From positions 1-64,000 of IMG/VR virus record IMGVR_UViG_3300032321_000388: a stretch of 64,000 nt of DNA; one strand, written 5' to 3'. The notes under the pieces were generated by a model. That model did no database searches, was not told where the DNA came from, and saw only the letters and a list, made by a program, of their open reading frames with translations. Position numbers and translations under genes: made by a program. Below, in pieces: positions 56,023-64,000 of the stretch (its first letter is position 1; each line of letters opens with the position of its first letter). The stretch comes from a virus. Its lineage: Duplodnaviria; Caudoviricetes.

Positions 56023-56642
56023 ATGGTTTTAAGGCGTATAGATATTACGTTGCCTTAAAGCTTCATTTTACTACCGATAAGTTTAATGTATTTGAAAATA
56101 AAGGCCATGTAAAGGGATCTTACGAGACTTTTAATGCTCGTAATGATAGGCATCTATTTGATAGATTAGCTCGTAGATTTGATACCGATCAGGAATTAAT
56201 TCAGTTCATGGTGTGCAATTTTGTTTATGGCAATCCTAATATGATATACAATCAAGAGGAAGCCGAACAGCATTATACTGAATGGAAAAGAGTTAAGGAA
56301 AGTATTACCAAGGTATTTCAAGACGACCTGAATACAATTGAACTTGAAACTCAGAAGAATAAGTATACCTTGGAGCAAATTTATAATTGTACAAATAATG
56401 ACTTTCCAGTTATAATTAAACTATATCTGGGAAAACGAATTAATCCTCAGACTATTAGTATCATATCAGATATTCATGAACCAATAGCTGAATGGAAAAA
56501 AGATCCTACCATGGGATTAATACTTGAGAACGAATTAAGGATCTTATATAAGATCAAGGGATTCTTTAAATATGATAGAAAGAAACTATCTAAAATATTT
56601 AGTGAATTTTGTACAAACTTTGATGTAGGTTTGTATAAATAA
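56019..56642 (+). CDS. 59: helicase loader gp59
   Basis: Y.ALKLHFT, F..R.D...F..LA; synteny 33-59-32. Confidence 0.85.
   Translation: MNGFKAYRYYVALKLHFTTDKFNVFENKGHVKGSYETFNARNDRHLFDRLARRFDTDQELIQFMVCNFVYGNPNMIYNQEEAEQHYTEWKRVKESITKVFQDDLNTIELETQKNKYTLEQIYNCTNNDFPVIIKLYLGKRINPQTISIISDIHEPIAEWKKDPTMGLILENELRILYKIKGFFKYDRKKLSKIFSEFCTNFDVGLYK
56634..56641 (+). promoter_or_regulatory. T4-type late promoter upstream of gene 32
   Basis: TATAAATA. Confidence 0.6.
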
Positions 56643-56708
56643 AAATGGATAGAATTTATATCCTATACATTAATACAACGCAATATATTTTATATAAAGG
56701 AAAATACG

Positions 56709-57626
56709 ATGGACTTAAATACACTTCGCGCATCGCGCACAAACGATTTTGGCAAGATTGCTTCAGCTTTTGACAAAATTGCAAACCCACAATCAGAATC
56801 AAGATCATTTGAAGATGACCGATTCTGGAAACCAGAACCAGATAAAGCAGGTAATGCTACTGCAGTTATTCGTTTTCTACCACGTGTAGAAGGTGATGAT
56901 TTACCATGGGTAAAGATCTTCTCACATGGCTTCCAAGGACCTACAGGTAAATGGTACATTGAGAATTCACTAACAACGTTTGGTGAAAATGATCCAGTCG
57001 GAGAACTTAATACAAAACTTTGGAACTCAGGTTCTGATGCAAACAAAGAGATTGCTCGTAAACAAAAACGTCGTTTACATTTTATCTCTAATGTATTAAT
57101 TGTTTCTGATCCAAAACATCCAGAAAATGAAGGTCAAGTTAAACTATTCAAGTTTGGTAAAAAGATCTTTGATAAGATCATGAATAAGGCTAAACCTACA
57201 TTTGAAGATGAAAAACCAGTTAATGTATTTGACTTATGGGAAGGTGCTAACTTTAAATTACGTATGCGTAAGGTTGAAGGTTATCCTAACTATGATGAGT
57301 CAACATTCTCTGAGCCAATTCCAGTAAAACCAAGCGATGAAGAAATTCTAGCTGTTGTTAATAATCAACATAAGTTGACAGAATTCCTTGAACGTAAAAA
57401 CTTCAAGACATATGAAGAACTTAAAGCTAAGCTTGATTCAGTTTTATCTGGTGAATCTAATTACAGTACAGCAGAGTCAATGATGAATGATCCATTGCCA
57501 GTTGCCGAGGCTAGAAGTATTCCTTCTGCTCAAGCTCCTGCTCCAGTAGCTTCTAAAGCTCCTGAGATCAATGAAGATGACGATGATGTAATGTCATTCT
57601 TCCAAAAGATTGCTGATGAAGCGTAG
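56709..57626 (+). CDS. 32: single-stranded DNA-binding protein gp32
   Basis: DDRFWKP..DKAGN..AVIRFLP, WYIENS, FGKKIFDKI, NYD.S, acidic tail. Confidence 0.97.
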   Translation: MDLNTLRASRTNDFGKIASAFDKIANPQSESRSFEDDRFWKPEPDKAGNATAVIRFLPRVEGDDLPWVKIFSHGFQGPTGKWYIENSLTTFGENDPVGELNTKLWNSGSDANKEIARKQKRRLHFISNVLIVSDPKHPENEGQVKLFKFGKKIFDKIMNKAKPTFEDEKPVNVFDLWEGANFKLRMRKVEGYPNYDESTFSEPIPVKPSDEEILAVVNNQHKLTEFLERKNFKTYEELKAKLDSVLSGESNYSTAESMMNDPLPVAEARSIPSAQAPAPVASKAPEINEDDDDVMSFFQKIADEA

Positions 57627-57641
57627 TAGTTATAAATGAAG

Positions 57642-57665
57642 AAGGGACCGAAAGGTCCCTTTTTT
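57642..57665 (+). terminator. rho-independent terminator between convergent genes
   Basis: AAGGGACC-GAAA-GGTCCCTT followed by a T run. Confidence 0.9.
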
Positions 57666-59418
57666 ATGTGGCGAATCTGGATCTATAATACGACCTAATA
57701 GAAGTCTCTTGAGATCTAATAGGAGTTTTCATTATAGTATTTTGAGTTTGCTTAGTTATTGTTGTTGGAGCATTCACGATATTATTTTGTGCTGTATCTT
57801 TACTGTTAAGTTTTGCCGCATCATTCTCAGCTGATTGGTTATAAACTGATTCTGATGTTTGTTTAACTTTTGTTTCAGCTTTTGCAAATTCATCTGCTTT
57901 AGTTAACTGTTCTTTAGTTGCATATGTTTGTCCAATACCTAAGAATCCAGTTCCTTTCTTAGCATATTGAGCTCGTCTTGGATCCCATACATAGCCTTGT
58001 TTTTCCATGAATTCAGATCGTTTACCAGCTAATGGATCGCCTTGAGCTTCTTTAATACCCATCTTGTCAAGTTTAGCTTGAGCTTCTGCTGAACCATTCT
58101 TAGCGGCTGCTTGCAGATCTCTTATTGCTTCATCTTTAGCATTTTCAGCAGCAACAGTTGGATCTTGGAATTCTGAGAAAGCTCCTTGTTGATACTGTTG
58201 GGATTGAGCTTCAGCCCTAGTAGTTCCTTCCATATCTCCCTTTTTAGCGGCTGCTGATGCTTTTTTCTGAGCAGAACCGACTGCAGCTATAGATGCTACA
58301 CCAGCTAGTAAGCTTAAACCAGCAAACAAACCAGCTCCTCCACCTAATAAACTACCACCCTTAGGAACACCTTTTGCTCCTTTAACTTTATTCATTAGTC
58401 TACCAAGAGTACCACCACCAGAACCTTTGTCTTCTGATTCTATACCCTTAATAGCAGCAAGCATATCTTTATCTGATTTTGCTTTTCGTTTATTCTCATC
58501 TTCGGTAAGGACTACTAATTTATCTAATGATTCATTATTAGCAACAAATAGATCTGATTGCTCTTGATCTTGTTCAGACACATCGTTCTTTTTACCTAGT
58601 TTTTCTTTTTCCAATAGACCAAGGCTCTCACCTTTATATCTTGGATCTGTATTAATAAGTTTAGTTGCGGCAACATCTCTTTTTTCGATCTGTCTACCAC
58701 CACCAGTAGTTCTTTGAATCTCTTCTTCTGACATGCCAGAAGCTCGTAATGCTTCTAGTCTTTCTTGTTCTGTTTGAAGTTCGCGTTTTGATTGAGATGC
58801 TTCTTTAGCTTTTTGTAGATAGAATGCATCAACTTTAGATTGACTTCCGCCAAATTGAGATAGGTTCTTCATTTGTGGATTGAGTTTACCCATTACATCG
58901 GCTGATCGTTTTTCTTCTTCACGAACTGCAAGATACTTATCAACAAATCCACCTGAACCTTTTGTAACTAAACCTGTAGTTTCAGCCAAACCTCTAAGAC
59001 TACCAAACTTATATCGATATGAATTAGCATCAAACTTATTACCGCCGCGACCCATAAATTTGTCTTTAATTCTTTGGCCAATAGATCTATAGTCTAATGG
59101 TTGTTCTCCAGCTAGCTGTTCACCACGTTGGCTTGATACGTTTGATGGACCTGATTTACCAGTTCCTAATGAAGATCTAGTTATAACATTATTGAGACGT
59201 TCTAGGTTCTTATTGAGTTTCTTTTGACTGTCTAATATGGCCTTATCAGATTTAATAAGCTTTTCAATGTTCTTAGCTCCACCACCAGCAGAAGGCGCAC
59301 CTTCTTTTGTTAGCATCTTGCTAAGTTGCTCAGCAGTTACTTTCTCAGGAGCTGATAGTTTTTGTTTCTCAGCTAATTTCTTCTGAGCTTCTACTAGTTC
59401 GTTAAATGATATTGCCAT
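57664..59418 (-). CDS. putative tape measure / baseplate hub protein (gp29-like)
   Basis: 584 aa, helical and Ala/Gly-rich, C-terminal NIVNAPT; downstream of gp26/gp51. Confidence 0.55.
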   Translation of the reverse strand: MAISFNELVEAQKKLAEKQKLSAPEKVTAEQLSKMLTKEGAPSAGGGAKNIEKLIKSDKAILDSQKKLNKNLERLNNVITRSSLGTGKSGPSNVSSQRGEQLAGEQPLDYRSIGQRIKDKFMGRGGNKFDANSYRYKFGSLRGLAETTGLVTKGSGGFVDKYLAVREEEKRSADVMGKLNPQMKNLSQFGGSQSKVDAFYLQKAKEASQSKRELQTEQERLEALRASGMSEEEIQRTTGGGRQIEKRDVAATKLINTDPRYKGESLGLLEKEKLGKKNDVSEQDQEQSDLFVANNESLDKLVVLTEDENKRKAKSDKDMLAAIKGIESEDKGSGGGTLGRLMNKVKGAKGVPKGGSLLGGGAGLFAGLSLLAGVASIAAVGSAQKKASAAAKKGDMEGTTRAEAQSQQYQQGAFSEFQDPTVAAENAKDEAIRDLQAAAKNGSAEAQAKLDKMGIKEAQGDPLAGKRSEFMEKQGYVWDPRRAQYAKKGTGFLGIGQTYATKEQLTKADEFAKAETKVKQTSESVYNQSAENDAAKLNSKDTAQNNIVNAPTTITKQTQNTIMKTPIRSQETSIRSYYRSRFAT

Positions 59419-59555
59419 TAGTTACTCTCTAATCTGTTCTTTTCTTCTTCTAGATGTTTAATTAACATTGCAGTATAAATTTCTCTCTCAAATGGTATCA
59501 TATCTTCAATCTCAGTCAACGAATACTTATGGTATTGCATGAGAGCGAAGTTCAT
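59418..59555 (-). CDS. 51: gp51-like baseplate hub assembly protein (probably the C-terminal part of a frameshift fusion with gp26)
   Basis: MNFALMQYHKYSLTEIEDMIPFEREIY; the frame is open back to the T8 run at 59596-59603. Confidence 0.8.
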   Translation of the reverse strand: MNFALMQYHKYSLTEIEDMIPFEREIYTAMLIKHLEEEKNRLESN

Positions 59556-59593
59556 TTTATAATAATTTGCCAAGCTCTCGTGACTGAGATTAA

Positions 59594-60307
59594 TTAAAAA
59601 AAACTTTGGAGTCCCTCCATTGTTTTTTCATGGTGCTTGCCACAAACTGGACAATCATATTCTATCTTTTGACTCATCTTAGGCATATTAGCAAAGAACT
59701 CTTCGATCTTACCAAATTGCTGTTGAGTCAGATTCTCAAGGAATTCTGTAACTTCTTGTTTAGTCTGATCCTTAATATAGAATAGTTCTTCATTAGTATA
59801 GATATAATCTACACAACTAGAAACTACTTCAAATATACTGTCAACATCGCCTTTACCCGCTTCTTCAAATTTCTCTAATACATCAATTGATGGGTATTTC
59901 ATAACCACACCAACATCATCAAATAATTCTATTTTATTACTATGTGTTTCTGGAATATCTACTCTAAATTGAGATATATCTAGACTGACGTTTGCTTTTG
60001 CTTTTTCGTCTTCACATGTATCACAGAGGAATAATAATTCTACTATTTCTCCAACAGACTTAGATCTAATTTGAGTAAATAGATACTCAAAGTCAAATAT
60101 AGCGAGATCATCGACTTCGATCTTTTCTACTAGGCAATCATTAATAATGGATTTTAGTGTATTCACCATTACTTTTGAATCTTCAGATTGCTGAGCTAGT
60201 AATAAAGCCTTTTCTTCTTTAACTAAGAACGGTCTAAATTTAACCTCTTTCTTAGTAGACGGTATTGTAGTTGTATACAACGGCGTCTTCATTATTGGTA
60301 AAGCCAT
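59594..60307 (-). CDS. 26: gp26-like baseplate hub assembly protein
   Basis: MALP...Y...IPST..VKFRPFLVKEEKALL, IRSKSVGE, CPVCG, GLQSFF. Confidence 0.85.
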   Translation of the reverse strand: MALPIMKTPLYTTTIPSTKKEVKFRPFLVKEEKALLLAQQSEDSKVMVNTLKSIINDCLVEKIEVDDLAIFDFEYLFTQIRSKSVGEIVELLFLCDTCEDEKAKANVSLDISQFRVDIPETHSNKIELFDDVGVVMKYPSIDVLEKFEEAGKGDVDSIFEVVSSCVDYIYTNEELFYIKDQTKQEVTEFLENLTQQQFGKIEEFFANMPKMSQKIEYDCPVCGKHHEKTMEGLQSFF

Positions 60308-60308
60308 A

Positions 60309-60740
60309 CTATTCTCCTTTATTCATCTTATTAATTAATTGACTCAATTCACTTGTACTTCCCACGAAAATCGCGTTATTATTTGTTACCTGTTTACCTG
60401 GACCCTGATCAACTTGTTTTGGGGTATCCATCTTTTGTTTCTTCTCAGATAACTTAAGTAGCTGTTCGTTAGTATCAGCTAATTGTTTCATCAGATTACC
60501 TACAACCTCAAAAGCTCTAGGATGCTCAGACTGCTTGGCTATTTCCAAAGCATGATATAAAGCATCCTGACCTTGATTCAATAGTTTATGTAGATTATTT
60601 CTACTAATGTCATAGTCATAATCTATATTTTCTTCAATCTTTTTATTTTCAGGTATAATTTCTGTACCTGAACTAACAACTTCACCTTGTTTAAGGGGCT
60701 CGACTCCGAACACCTTAGACAAGCTATTATCTGGATTCAT
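60309..60740 (-). CDS. 16: terminase small subunit gp16-like
   Basis: DYD.SR.NL, SEHPRAFEV, TNNNAIFVGSTSEL. Confidence 0.85.
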   Translation of the reverse strand: MNPDNSLSKVFGVEPLKQGEVVSSGTEIIPENKKIEENIDYDYDISRNNLHKLLNQGQDALYHALEIAKQSEHPRAFEVVGNLMKQLADTNEQLLKLSEKKQKMDTPKQVDQGPGKQVTNNNAIFVGSTSELSQLINKMNKGE

Positions 60741-60741
60741 T

Positions 60742-61260
60742 TTATGTTATTTTCCTCGTTGGAGTTGTTCTAACTGTTTGAGCAGTTTGAACTTCTGGTT
60801 CACTATATTCTTCTGCACTTGGTGGAGCTGGAGGTGTGGAAGGAGTAGAATTATTTACAACCATAGGTGCTTGTGTTGGGAACACTGGTCTAGGCGGCGG
60901 AACGGCCGCTTCAGACTTTTTTGATGATGAGTATGCATTAGCACCAAAGAAAGCTGCAACCAAAGCTGAGATAGCTACAAAGTATGTTGGAGCAATATTG
61001 CCAATAATAGTTGCTGCATCGTCTACATCTAACCATGAAGCAATAACAATAGTTACTGGATAGAGTAACATACCCCATAAAGCAAACCATGTCATCTTAC
61101 GCATAGCATCGCGTTGAGCATCTTGATCTTCGAGCTCTCTACGTTTAAACTCTAGATACATTGCTAGTTCTTGGCTACTAACGTAACCGTCTCCATTTGT
61201 ATCTGCTTCTGCTAATTGATGATAAGCATTATCACTTACACCTTGTTTTAAATCTGCCAT
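60742..61260 (-). CDS. EF-hand membrane protein
   Basis: DTNGDGYVSSQE EF-hand, two TM helices, Pro-rich tail; AAGGA SD. Confidence 0.65.
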   Translation of the reverse strand: MADLKQGVSDNAYHQLAEADTNGDGYVSSQELAMYLEFKRRELEDQDAQRDAMRKMTWFALWGMLLYPVTIVIASWLDVDDAATIIGNIAPTYFVAISALVAAFFGANAYSSSKKSEAAVPPPRPVFPTQAPMVVNNSTPSTPPAPPSAEEYSEPEVQTAQTVRTTPTRKIT

Positions 61261-61270
61261 TTTATATCCT

Positions 61271-62011
61271 TTAAATAAATGTGCTTCCACGGCCTACTGA
61301 AGCGGTTTCTGATGAGAATAATGAAGATCTTCCTTGTTCAAATGAGTTAAATCCGGTTTGGAATACGTTAAAATTTGTAAAATAAGTACTTGGTATCTTC
61401 ATAGCATCACCAAGGAATCCGCCGTTTAAGAATGAAGAACCCTGCGTAGCATTTGACAATGAACTTCCTGATGATGAAGAGCTTAAAGCTGAAGATTGCC
61501 AATACTTGTAGTTCATAGATACTGATAATTTCATAACTTCTTTATTGCCATAATCCATCTGAACAGCATTGAGCGTTTTAGGATATGCTTGGAATAAAGT
61601 CACAGCGTATTTACTTTTATTTGCTATATCATAAACAGCAATAGTAATATCTGTGGTATAATCTTTGTAGTAATTGAATGTTCTTGAAACTGGATCTTGA
61701 ATTGCATTCATCCAAGCATCAAATAAAAGCTTAACACTCATATTGTTATCAACATAGAATCCCATATTGATATTATCGTACTGCTTCTGATAAGGCATCT
61801 CACGAACCTCACCAAATGTCTTTGCCTGTGTAGTTTCAACTGTCAAACCTGGAAGATTGACATTATCACAGTATAGTAATATCTTTCTTAGATCTTGAGA
61901 ATATTTTCCAGGACCAATCACACTAGGTAATGAAAAGGATACAGCGAACCTTGAAGATCGCATTAATCCTTCGGACTTAACTGATGATATAAATTCGTTT
62001 AATGTTGACAT
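61271..62011 (-). CDS. 54: gp54/gp19-like baseplate tail-tube initiator
   Basis: C..VNLPG, MPY...YD, FDAWMN.I, AYPK..NAVQMDY, KLSV...YKYW. Confidence 0.7.
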   Translation of the reverse strand: MSTLNEFISSVKSEGLMRSSRFAVSFSLPSVIGPGKYSQDLRKILLYCDNVNLPGLTVETTQAKTFGEVREMPYQKQYDNINMGFYVDNNMSVKLLFDAWMNAIQDPVSRTFNYYKDYTTDITIAVYDIANKSKYAVTLFQAYPKTLNAVQMDYGNKEVMKLSVSMNYKYWQSSALSSSSSGSSLSNATQGSSFLNGGFLGDAMKIPSTYFTNFNVFQTGFNSFEQGRSSLFSSETASVGRGSTFI

Positions 62012-62298
62012 TAGCAATTCCACTTACGTAATGCTTTATTGATCCTTGAATCAGGATCATGTGCAGTTTTGGCTGATGTTAGTCTCTTTTTCATTCCACC
62101 CATACGAGCACAGAATGATTTACGACGGTTTGCCGCTTTGCTACCAGCTTTTAACTTTGAAGGTTTAGTAGTAACTGCAGTTTGTAAATGCCCACCAGTT
62201 TTTCTGTTATAAGCATCAACACCCTTTTGTGTCATGCCTCCAGCATCGCTAAAATGACCCTTTTTGTCTTCTTCTAAATATTCTTTGAATGTTAGCAT
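62011..62298 (-). CDS. small basic protein with CTS-like N-terminus (DUF6321-like)
   Basis: MLTFKEYLEE; RRKSFCARM...SRINKALRKWNC. Confidence 0.7.
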   Translation of the reverse strand: MLTFKEYLEEDKKGHFSDAGGMTQKGVDAYNRKTGGHLQTAVTTKPSKLKAGSKAANRRKSFCARMGGMKKRLTSAKTAHDPDSRINKALRKWNC

Positions 62299-62301
62299 AT
62301 C

Positions 62302-62889
62302 TTACCTCATTGAATCCTTCCAAACTGTTGCTTTGCTTGCTCCTACAAACTGTTCTACAGGTAAAAGCATTGCTGTTGCCCAATCTTCTGGACTTATTTT
62401 TCTTAATGTTGATTTCAAATGAGACTTGAGATACCTCTTAATACAAGGTTCTGCCCATTTAAACTTACCAACTCCGTTAATCAAAGCCCAAGAATACTTA
62501 ATCTTGGTAGTTTCATCCATTTTCTTATTATTTGCAAATTCCATTAATCTTTGTAGCAATATAACTCGCTGTTGATATGGTAGATAATGCATATTTAAAC
62601 CAATGAATCCATCCTGAGTCTTTTTGAATGGAAAAACTAAAGGAAATACGTCGTAGTACGGTAGATCTTCTTTAGTCTTTGGATCATATAGAAACATATA
62701 CAAACTTCCAGGTTGAACAGTACTAACATTTCTACTTGGATCGCCATTTAATACCTTATTTGGCGTTGGATTCTGCAGTTGAAGCATTCTAGCCTGTTGT
62801 TGAAACCAGGATTTAGAACGATTTGCCGCTATCTTCAAGTCATATTGGTTCTTTTTAAATATGTCTTTTAAATTTTGTTGATTAGCCAT
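62302..62889 (-). CDS. 2: DNA end protector gp2
   Basis: YDPKTK..LPYYDVFPL, GLNMHYLP, CIKRYL, LP.EQF. Confidence 0.9.
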   Translation of the reverse strand: MANQQNLKDIFKKNQYDLKIAANRSKSWFQQQARMLQLQNPTPNKVLNGDPSRNVSTVQPGSLYMFLYDPKTKEDLPYYDVFPLVFPFKKTQDGFIGLNMHYLPYQQRVILLQRLMEFANNKKMDETTKIKYSWALINGVGKFKWAEPCIKRYLKSHLKSTLRKISPEDWATAMLLPVEQFVGASKATVWKDSMR

Positions 62890-62894
62890 GTTAT

Positions 62895-62902
62895 TATTTA
62901 TA
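62895..62902 (-). promoter_or_regulatory. T4-type late promoter
   Basis: TATAAATA on the minus strand, upstream of gene 2. Confidence 0.7.
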
Positions 62903-62906
62903 TGAT

Positions 62907-63341
62907 CTACAGACCTAATTCATTCTCGGTTATAAGGACAAACTCATATCCGCGGTCTTTACAGTATTCATTTGCAGCTTTCCATTTAGCTTGGTTTTTA
63001 ATAAATGTTAATGATTCTGACAGGTAATGTTTAGTCTGTCTACCAGGGAATACTGGAGGTTGTGTTTGTTTAGATGGTTTAACTTCTACCAGATAGGTCT
63101 TAATCTGATTATCTCTGTTTTTAACCTTTATCTTAAAGTCAATAAAGTACCTATGAAGTCTATTGTCTGTTGGGCATCTGTAAGGCACGACAGTCTCTTC
63201 AGAACACCACTTAACTACTGATGGGTTCTTATCACACCAGGAAGCAAATCGAGTCTCCCAACTAGATCTCATTATAATATTAGTTGGGTCACCCTCATAC
63301 TTCTCAGGGAACATTGGTTTGTACATTCGTTTATGAAACAT
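62907..63341 (-). CDS. 4: head completion nuclease gp4
   Basis: KY.GDP.NII.RSSWE, WCSEE, HRYF.DF, EVKP, NQAKWKAA. Confidence 0.92.
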   Translation of the reverse strand: MFHKRMYKPMFPEKYEGDPTNIIMRSSWETRFASWCDKNPSVVKWCSEETVVPYRCPTDNRLHRYFIDFKIKVKNRDNQIKTYLVEVKPSKQTQPPVFPGRQTKHYLSESLTFIKNQAKWKAANEYCKDRGYEFVLITENELGL

Positions 63342-63356
63342 ATCTCATATTTATCA

Positions 63357-63364
63357 TATAAATA
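63357..63364 (+). promoter_or_regulatory. T4-type late promoter (divergent pair with GATAAATA at 63348-63355 on the minus strand)
   Basis: TATAAATA. Confidence 0.65.
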
Positions 63365-63388
63365 ATAAATAAATGTTTAGGAATAGAT

Positions 63389-64000
63389 ATGGCTTTTAAT
63401 TTAAATAGCAAATACGCTCAGCCAGGCAATCCATTAAATGCAGGTACAAATAAACCAGCAGGTAATAATGGTCCGTCAGTTAATTTAGGTGACTACTCTG
63501 GTAGTAAGACGTACAAATCTAGAGGTGGAGCAGGAACTTTTGATGCTAACAAATATCAAATAGAAAATTTATCATATCCAACTGATCTAATGGGATCTTT
63601 AGGAGAATATGGTAATAACTATGTGATATTCTATATTAATGTGGCTGAAGATTCTAAACTAATCAAAGATAAACAGGTAGAAGTTGTTGAAGATTCTACT
63701 CCAAGAGATTATGGTGATTTGGCAGCTATCTCACAACAAGCTAATTTAGGTACTGTTGGAGCAGTTGGAGCAGCCGCTCTTCCAGCAATTACAACATTAG
63801 CAGTTTCTGGCAATCTCAAATCAAAAGCTACAGCGGCAACATTAGGTACAGCAGTTGCTGGCGGTCTAGCTTTACAAAATCTAGGAGCAACTTTCTCAGG
63901 TCAGAAGAAAAGATTAAAAACTGCGATTGCTCTTCATACTCCTAATACGTTAAGTACAAAATACACAATGAATTATGAGGAAGAAAATCTTGATGTATTT
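63389..64000 (+). CDS. 48: gp48-like baseplate tail-tube cap, 3'-truncated by the window edge
   Basis: Frame is open to the window end; LSYPTDL...YVIFYIN...IALHTPNTL...Y..NYEE; divergent from gene 4. Confidence 0.7.
   Translation, partial: MAFNLNSKYAQPGNPLNAGTNKPAGNNGPSVNLGDYSGSKTYKSRGGAGTFDANKYQIENLSYPTDLMGSLGEYGNNYVIFYINVAEDSKLIKDKQVEVVEDSTPRDYGDLAAISQQANLGTVGAVGAAALPAITTLAVSGNLKSKATAATLGTAVAGGLALQNLGATFSGQKKRLKTAIALHTPNTLSTKYTMNYEEENLDVF

Noticed and set aside
493-63221. Numerous short ORFs antisense or out-of-frame to well-identified genes (e.g. 493-837, 40038-40559, 43122-43556, 46367-46765, 56690-57046)
   Set aside because: They are shadows of confident genes, without SD sequences or recognisable motifs.
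1-64000. Alternative genetic code or stop-codon reassignment
   Set aside because: Core genes are full length and tightly packed under the standard bacterial code.

Overview
This window is a 64 kb segment of an AT-rich T4-like (Tevenvirinae-like) myovirus genome. The host is probably a proteobacterium, likely a betaproteobacterium, judged from IscU/ErpA, curli CsgF/CsgG, an IHF box and spanins. The window carries the core replication genes (gp30 ligase, gp43, UvsX, gp41, gp61, RNase H, DsbA, gp33, gp59, gp32, NrdA/NrdB) and a late cluster of putative internal head proteins. It also has lysis genes, many auxiliary genes (Dps, GroES, ErpA, IscU, PhoH, ClpP-like, PbpG-like, several 2OG-Fe(II) oxygenases), a curli/FecR/CHASE2-adenylate cyclase cluster, and the start of the baseplate/tail module. 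The best candidate for a new system is a cytosine hypermodification pathway. A clear T4 gp42-type dCMP hydroxymethylase (5.5 kb) occurs with an operon at 22.9-28.0 kb encoding a GalE-like epimerase, a protein that looks like a T4 beta-glucosyltransferase N-domain fused to an SGNH domain, myo-inositol-1-phosphate synthase, a HAD phosphatase, an aGPT-pyrophosphorylase/amino-acid:DNA-transferase-like HhH protein and a cytidylyltransferase. Together these suggest inositol(-phosphate) decoration of hmC DNA. Other signals visible in the sequence are a probable -1 frameshift joining gp26 to gp51 upstream of the tape measure gene, an embedded Rz1 o-spanin, an antisense early promoter aimed at the spanin operon, probable leaderless mRNAs (including gp43), a repetitive protease-processable head polyprotein with an internal start, and a structured intergenic RNA candidate. 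All calls come from motif recognition and recalled family knowledge; no searches were run.
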